Below are positions 59,173-64,000 of a DNA stretch of 64,000 nt, one piece after another (the first letter of the stretch is position 1; every line of letters starts with the position of its first letter). The notes below the pieces were generated by a model. That model did no database searches, had not been told where the DNA came from, and saw nothing but the letters and a program-made list of their open reading frames with translations. This stretch comes from an uncultured bacterium (GTDB lineage: Bacteria; Krumholzibacteriota; Krumholzibacteriia; LZORAL124-64-63). The position numbers were made by a program, and so were the translations under genes. The stretch lies in the NCBI GenBank assembly GCA_963727525.1, contig CAVSGO010000006.1:128001-192000 (forward strand). Direction: 5' to 3'.

Positions 59173-59210
59173 CGTCGCGGTCTTGCGGGACGTCGCCGTT
59201 TCGTGTACCG

Positions 59211-59226
59211 TACCAACCGGTAGGTA
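59211..59226. promoter_or_regulatory. Putative TetR operator palindrome
   Basis: TACCAACCGGTAGGTA (7 of 8 pairs symmetric) abutting the TetR ATG; TTGCGG-N17-TACCGT promoter-like hexamers at 59183-59211. Confidence 0.65.
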
Positions 59227-59876
59227 TGGAAATGCAGGTACAGCGAACACAACACGAATCCAAGCGCAAGCTCCTCGACGCCGCCCTCCGCGTGATCCGT
59301 ACGAAGGGCTACGAGGCGGCGACGGTGGAGGATATCTGCCGGGAGGCGGGGCTGACGAAGGGCAGCTTCTTTCACCATTTCAAGGGGAAGGAAGACCTGG
59401 CCGTGGCGGCGGCGGAGTACTTCGCCACCATGGCCGACGGGCTCTTCGCCGACGCGCCGTACCGGCATCTCGAGGATCCGGTCGAGAGGGTGCTCGGGTA
59501 TGTCGATTTCCGCCGCGCGATCCTGCGCGGTGCGTTGCCCGAGTTCACGTGTCTGCTGGGGACGATGGTCCAGGAGACGTACGCGACCCACCCGGCCATC
59601 CGCGAGGCCTGCGACACGCACATCAGCGCGCACGCGGCCGACGTCGCCCGCGATCTCGCGGCGGCACAGGCGCGCGTGCCTTCTTCCCGGGCGAGCTGGA
59701 ACCCGGAGGATCTCGGCCTCTTCACGCAGGCCGTGATCCAGGGCGCCTTCGTGCTCGCCAAGGCCCGGGGCGGCCCCGAGGTCGCCGACGCGTGCCTCGC
59801 GCACCTGCGGCGGTATCTCGAGCTGCTCCTCGATCGCCCATTCCCAGCCGCGAAGGACGACGACCATGACGGATAG
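59226..59876 (+). CDS. TetR family regulator (NemR-like)
   Basis: KGYEAATVEDIC.EAGLTKGSFFHHFKGKE HTH; CLLG..QE; QGAFVLAK. Confidence 0.92.
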   Translation: MEMQVQRTQHESKRKLLDAALRVIRTKGYEAATVEDICREAGLTKGSFFHHFKGKEDLAVAAAEYFATMADGLFADAPYRHLEDPVERVLGYVDFRRAILRGALPEFTCLLGTMVQETYATHPAIREACDTHISAHAADVARDLAAAQARVPSSRASWNPEDLGLFTQAVIQGAFVLAKARGGPEVADACLAHLRRYLELLLDRPFPAAKDDDHDG

Positions 59877-60642
59877 ACAGCACCCCTTTTGCTGGTACGA
59901 GCTGACCACGCCGGACGCCACGGCGGCCGCGCGATTCTACGGCGACGTGTTCGGGTGGACGGCGCGCGATGCCGGCAACCCCGCGATGCCATACACCCTG
60001 CTCGCCTCCGGAGGTCGCGACATCGGCGGCATCTATCAGTTCCCGGACGATCCGAGCTGCGCCGGCATGAAGCCGGGCTGGCTCGGCTACATCGCCGGCG
60101 ATGTCGAGACCGACGTACCGCGCGTGCAAGCGGCGGGCGGCACGGTGCACAAGGCGTGCACGGACATTCCCGGCGTAGGCCGCTTCGCGATCGTCGGCGA
60201 TCCGCACGGCGCGGCGTTCGTGATCTTCACGCCTGACCCGATGCCGGGCGACATGCCCGAACCCGTGCCGGCCACCACGCCGGGCCACGTGGGCTGGCAC
60301 GAGTTGCACGCCGGCAACGGCCTCGAGGCCTGGGAGTTCTACTCGGGGCTCTTCGGCTGGACGGGACGGGACGGGCTCGATATGGGACCAGCCGGCGTCT
60401 ACCGGATCTTCGCGATCGACGGCGTGGACCGGGGCGGCGTGATGACGAAGATGCCGGAGATGCCCGCGCCGAGCTGGCTCTACTACGTCACTGTGGCGGG
60501 CATCGACGCGGCGATCGCTCGCGTGAGGGCTGCCGGCGGCACGATCATCAACGGACCGCACCAGGTTCCCGACGGCCCATGGATCGCCCAGGGTGCGGAT
60601 CCTCTGGGTGGGATGTTCGCGATGATGTCGGAAGCCCGCTGA
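59866..60642 (+). CDS. VOC family protein (two-domain glyoxalase-like)
   Basis: WYEL.T.D...A..FY..VFGW duplicated; DP.G..F. Confidence 0.92.
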   Translation: MTDRQHPFCWYELTTPDATAAARFYGDVFGWTARDAGNPAMPYTLLASGGRDIGGIYQFPDDPSCAGMKPGWLGYIAGDVETDVPRVQAAGGTVHKACTDIPGVGRFAIVGDPHGAAFVIFTPDPMPGDMPEPVPATTPGHVGWHELHAGNGLEAWEFYSGLFGWTGRDGLDMGPAGVYRIFAIDGVDRGGVMTKMPEMPAPSWLYYVTVAGIDAAIARVRAAGGTIINGPHQVPDGPWIAQGADPLGGMFAMMSEAR

Positions 60643-61639
60643 ACGCGCGGTGCCCCTCGCGGCGGGGCGCCCCCGTGGCGCCCCGCCGCCGATAAGTGCC
60701 CGGAGCGACGCCGAGGTAGCGCTTGAAGACCTTGCTGAAGCTCGCCTCGGCGCGATAGCCGACGCGGTCGGCGACCTGGGCGAGCGTGAGGTGTCCCTCG
60801 CGTAGGTGGTTCGCCGCCACCTGCATCCGCCACCGCGTGAGGTACTGCAAGGGCGACTCGCCCACGAGCCCGCGGAATCGCGATGCAAACGCCGAACGCG
60901 ACATGCCCACCCGAGCGGCGAGCGACTGCACCGTCCAGGCATCGTCGGCGTGCGCATGCATCAAGCCGAGCGCCTCGCCGATCAACGGGTCGCGCAGACC
61001 GGCCAGCCAGCTCGGGCCAGTGTACGCCAGTTCCTCGATGGTGGTCTGCAGCACCTGGATGAACAGGGCCTCGGTGAGCCGATCGAAGAGGGCGCCGCGT
61101 CCCGGACGCCCCGCGATGGTCTCCTGGGCGATGAGGTCGAGCGACGATTCCAGCCACGATCGCGCCCGGCCACCCTCGCCCCGGATCGATAGCACCGGCG
61201 GCAACACCGACAACAGGGGATGGGCGGAGCCGTGGTCGAAGCTGAAAAAACCGCAGATCAGGTCGGCCTGCGCCCCGTCGCCGCCGATGCGCAGCGGCGC
61301 ATGGACCGGGTCCCGCTCGCCCTCGGGCACATGGGCGAGCAGCTCCTGCAGAGGCACGGCCGGTGTGGCCGGTCCGTCGGCGACCACGTGGGCGTCGCCA
61401 TGGGGGAGTACCACGATGTCCCCGGCCGACAGGGCCATCGCGTCGAACCCGCCCGCCACCGACGGGCGCAACCAGCAACTCCCCGCGCGGATGACGTGGA
61501 ACTGTGCCGCGTCGCTGGCCGGCACCTCCAGGCCCCAGGGTGCGCGCAGCTCCGAGCGGAAGTACAGGCTGCCGCCCAGATGCACCGATTCGAGGATGCT
61601 GGTCAGGGCATCGTGGCTTGCCTGTGGACGATCGGACAT
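60548..61639 (-). CDS. AraC family regulator with cupin N-terminal domain
   Basis: DAL..IL, PWG, FH...G.CW, GD.VVLPHG..H, LICG; WTV..LA..VGMSRS and VGY..EASFS..FKR; start 61639 or 61660. Confidence 0.9.
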   Translation of the reverse strand: MSDRPQASHDALTSILESVHLGGSLYFRSELRAPWGLEVPASDAAQFHVIRAGSCWLRPSVAGGFDAMALSAGDIVVLPHGDAHVVADGPATPAVPLQELLAHVPEGERDPVHAPLRIGGDGAQADLICGFFSFDHGSAHPLLSVLPPVLSIRGEGGRARSWLESSLDLIAQETIAGRPGRGALFDRLTEALFIQVLQTTIEELAYTGPSWLAGLRDPLIGEALGLMHAHADDAWTVQSLAARVGMSRSAFASRFRGLVGESPLQYLTRWRMQVAANHLREGHLTLAQVADRVGYRAEASFSKVFKRYLGVAPGTYRRRGATGAPRREGHRAFSGLPTSSRTSHPEDPHPGRSMGRREPGAVR

Positions 61640-61735
61640 GAATTCTGCATGAATCGTCATAGCTGCTCCAGTTCCTGGTCCTACCATAACGGCATGATCG
61701 CTGACCAACCAGCCCACATCGGAAAAGAGGAAACC

Positions 61736-62641
61736 ATGAGCATAGTCGTCACCACCCCCACGGGGAACATCGGATCGGTTGTGACCAGCACGTTGCTGGA
61801 TCGAGGCGCCAAGCCCGTGCTGATCGCGCGCGATCCTTCCAAGCTCGAGGACGCCGCCCGCCGCGGCGCGACCGTGAAGCAGGGCAGCCACGCCGACGCC
61901 GGGTTCCTGGTGGAGGCCACGCAGGGTGCGGTCGCTCTGTTCGTCGTCACCCCGCCCGACATGCAGGTGCAGGACATCAACGGTCACTACCGGCGCTTCG
62001 CCGAGGCCGCGGCGCGGGCCGCGCACGAGAACGGGATCGGGCATGTGGTCCACCTGTCCAGCGTGGGCGCCGAGCTCGCGAGCGGCAATGGCCCGGTGGC
62101 CGGTCTGCACCTGGCCGAGACCATTCTCGACGGCGCGGGGATTCCGAACCTGACGCACCTGCGGCCGGTCTACTTCATGGAGAACACGCTTGGTCAGATT
62201 CCCGGCCTGATCCAGACGGGCAACCTGTTCACCACGTTCCCGGCCGGTATGCGATTCCCGATGATCGCCACCCGCGACATCGGTGTACGCGCCGCCTCCC
62301 TGCTGCACGACCGCGTCTGGTCCGGTCACCGGATCCAGGAGCTGCACGGCGCCGAGGAGACGGGCTACGAGGAGGTCGCCAGCATTCTGAGCGACGTGCT
62401 GGGACGCGACATCAATCATGTCACCGTGTCCGGCGAGCAGTTCGTGCAGGCGCTCACCGGCATGGGCATGAGCAAGGTCATGGCCGACGCGCTGGCCGAG
62501 CTGAGCGGGGCCCTCGCGTCCGGCAAGATCAAGCCCCAGGAGCCGCGCAATGCCGCGAACACCACGCCGACGACCTACCGCAGCTTTGCCGCCACCGTGT
62601 TCAAGCCGGCGTACGAGGCGGCGCAGGTGGCGGCGCGGTAG
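61736..62641 (+). CDS. NmrA family NAD(P)-binding protein
   Basis: TTPTGNIG, LSSVGA, LRP.YFMEN and IATRDIG; AGAGG RBS. Confidence 0.9.
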   Translation: MSIVVTTPTGNIGSVVTSTLLDRGAKPVLIARDPSKLEDAARRGATVKQGSHADAGFLVEATQGAVALFVVTPPDMQVQDINGHYRRFAEAAARAAHENGIGHVVHLSSVGAELASGNGPVAGLHLAETILDGAGIPNLTHLRPVYFMENTLGQIPGLIQTGNLFTTFPAGMRFPMIATRDIGVRAASLLHDRVWSGHRIQELHGAEETGYEEVASILSDVLGRDINHVTVSGEQFVQALTGMGMSKVMADALAELSGALASGKIKPQEPRNAANTTPTTYRSFAATVFKPAYEAAQVAAR

Positions 62642-62731
62642 CCGCGCGGTCTATCCTGATGACAATCGTCGTCTGTCTGGTATGGTCATCGCCGGGACGC
62701 GCGCCGGCGATGACCGGCCAGAAAGGACACC

Positions 62732-64000
62732 ATGCACATCACCTTCCACGGTGCCGCGGGGGGCGTCACCGGTTCGAAGCACCTGCTCGAGACCGGGGCG
62801 CACAGCCTGCTTGTCGACTGTGGTCTCTTCCAGGGCCCCAAGGACCTGCGCCAGCTCAACTGGAAACCGCCTCGCTTCGATGTGGCCGGCCTCGATGCGA
62901 TCCTCCTGACTCACGCGCACCTCGATCACACCGGCTGGTTGCCGCGCCTGCTGCAATATGGGTTGCGCGCCCCGGTGTACTGCACCGAGGCCACCGCCGA
63001 ACTGGCCGAGCTGATCTTGCTGGACAGCGCCCACCTGCAGGAGGAAGACGCGGCCTGGGCGAACAAGAAGAAGTACTCCAAGCACCAACCGGCCTTGCCG
63101 CTGTACACCACCACCGACGCCCTCGCCGCGCTCAAGCGGCTGCGTCCCGTGCGCTATGAGCAATGGCACGAGGTGGTGCCCGGCGTGCGGGTACGCTGGC
63201 ATCTGGCGGGGCACATCCTGGGTGCGTCGTTCCTGGAGCTGGCGATCAAGGAGAACGGGCGCGAGCGCACGGTCGTGTTCAGCGGTGATCTCGGGCGGTA
63301 CGACGAACCCTTGCACCACGATCCGGCGCCGCGGCCCGATTGCGACGTGCTCGTGATCGAGTCGACGTACGGTGATCGGTTGCACGACCACGAACCGGTG
63401 GAAGACCAGATCGGTCCCGCATTCAAGGAGACGATCCGCCGGCGCGGCGTGGTGCTGATCCCGGCCTTCGCGGTGGGCCGTGTGCAACTCGTCACGCTGA
63501 TCCTGCGCGAGCTGATGAAGGACGGCGACCTGCCCGAGGTGCCGATCCATATCGATTCGCCCATGGCGATCGACGCCACGGCGGCGTACTCACGCCATCT
63601 GCTCGACCACACCCTCGACGAGGACCTCACCGAGGAGGGGCGTAAACTCCTCTTCCCGCACGACGTGCTCGTGAGCCGCACGGTGCACGACTCGAAGCGG
63701 ATCAACGCGCTCGATGGCCCCATGGTCATCGTATCGAGCAGCGGCATGATGACGGGTGGGCGCATCCTGCACCACCTGACGCGGCGCGTGGGCAAGTACG
63801 AGAACCTGATCCTGCTGTCGGGTTACCAGGCAGTGGGCACGCGTGGCCGGGCGCTGCAGGACGGGGCAAAGACACTGAGGATCCATGGCGACGAGTGGCC
63901 CATCGTCTGCAAGGTGCTGACCATCCACGGCCTTTCCGCCCATGGCGACTGGCAGGAGATGATGCGCTGGGCCGGCTCGGCCTCGACCCATCCCCGGACG
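62732..64000 (+). CDS. MBL-fold beta-CASP ribonuclease (3'-truncated by window edge; absent from the ORF track)
   Basis: MHITFHGAAGGVTGS, DCGLFQG, THAHLDH, AGHILG, SGDLG, ESTYG, FAVGR, SSGM and SAHGD; AAGGA RBS. Confidence 0.95.
   Translation, partial: MHITFHGAAGGVTGSKHLLETGAHSLLVDCGLFQGPKDLRQLNWKPPRFDVAGLDAILLTHAHLDHTGWLPRLLQYGLRAPVYCTEATAELAELILLDSAHLQEEDAAWANKKKYSKHQPALPLYTTTDALAALKRLRPVRYEQWHEVVPGVRVRWHLAGHILGASFLELAIKENGRERTVVFSGDLGRYDEPLHHDPAPRPDCDVLVIESTYGDRLHDHEPVEDQIGPAFKETIRRRGVVLIPAFAVGRVQLVTLILRELMKDGDLPEVPIHIDSPMAIDATAAYSRHLLDHTLDEDLTEEGRKLLFPHDVLVSRTVHDSKRINALDGPMVIVSSSGMMTGGRILHHLTRRVGKYENLILLSGYQAVGTRGRALQDGAKTLRIHGDEWPIVCKVLTIHGLSAHGDWQEMMRWAGSASTHPRT

Overview
High-GC bacterial chromosomal segment, probably from the FCB group (Krumholzibacteriota/Latescibacterota-like). 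This is inferred from several exported proteins ending in 'PNPFNP...SGVY' FlgD-Ig/T9SS-like C-terminal domains and one ending in an 'FGSIKA' tail. It holds about 42 CDS: secreted peptidases (tricorn S41, S8, C25, a DUF6345-like protein), a two-component/HDOD cluster, an ECF sigma + Ser/Thr kinase pair facing a decayed delta-60-repeat gene, fused CcsBA, a degenerate MCP-like protein, transporters, a CCA-adding enzyme, a CydA-like/c-heme gene pair and a redox/electrophile-stress cluster. Two inverted 1223-bp copies of an IS1-like element lie at 492-1714 and 29671-30893. The top finding is that the ORF track splits one gene in two: 57918-59105 reads as a single exported thioredoxin-TPR protein with an in-frame TGA at the first redox position (W-U-P-S-C), followed by a SECIS-like hairpin, i.e. 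a candidate selenoprotein. An ECF-type G(G/C)AAC-N16-(C/G)GTN promoter motif recurs upstream of four exported-protein genes, including this one. No rRNA, tRNA or CRISPR array was seen. All family calls are from motif recognition by eye; no searches were run.
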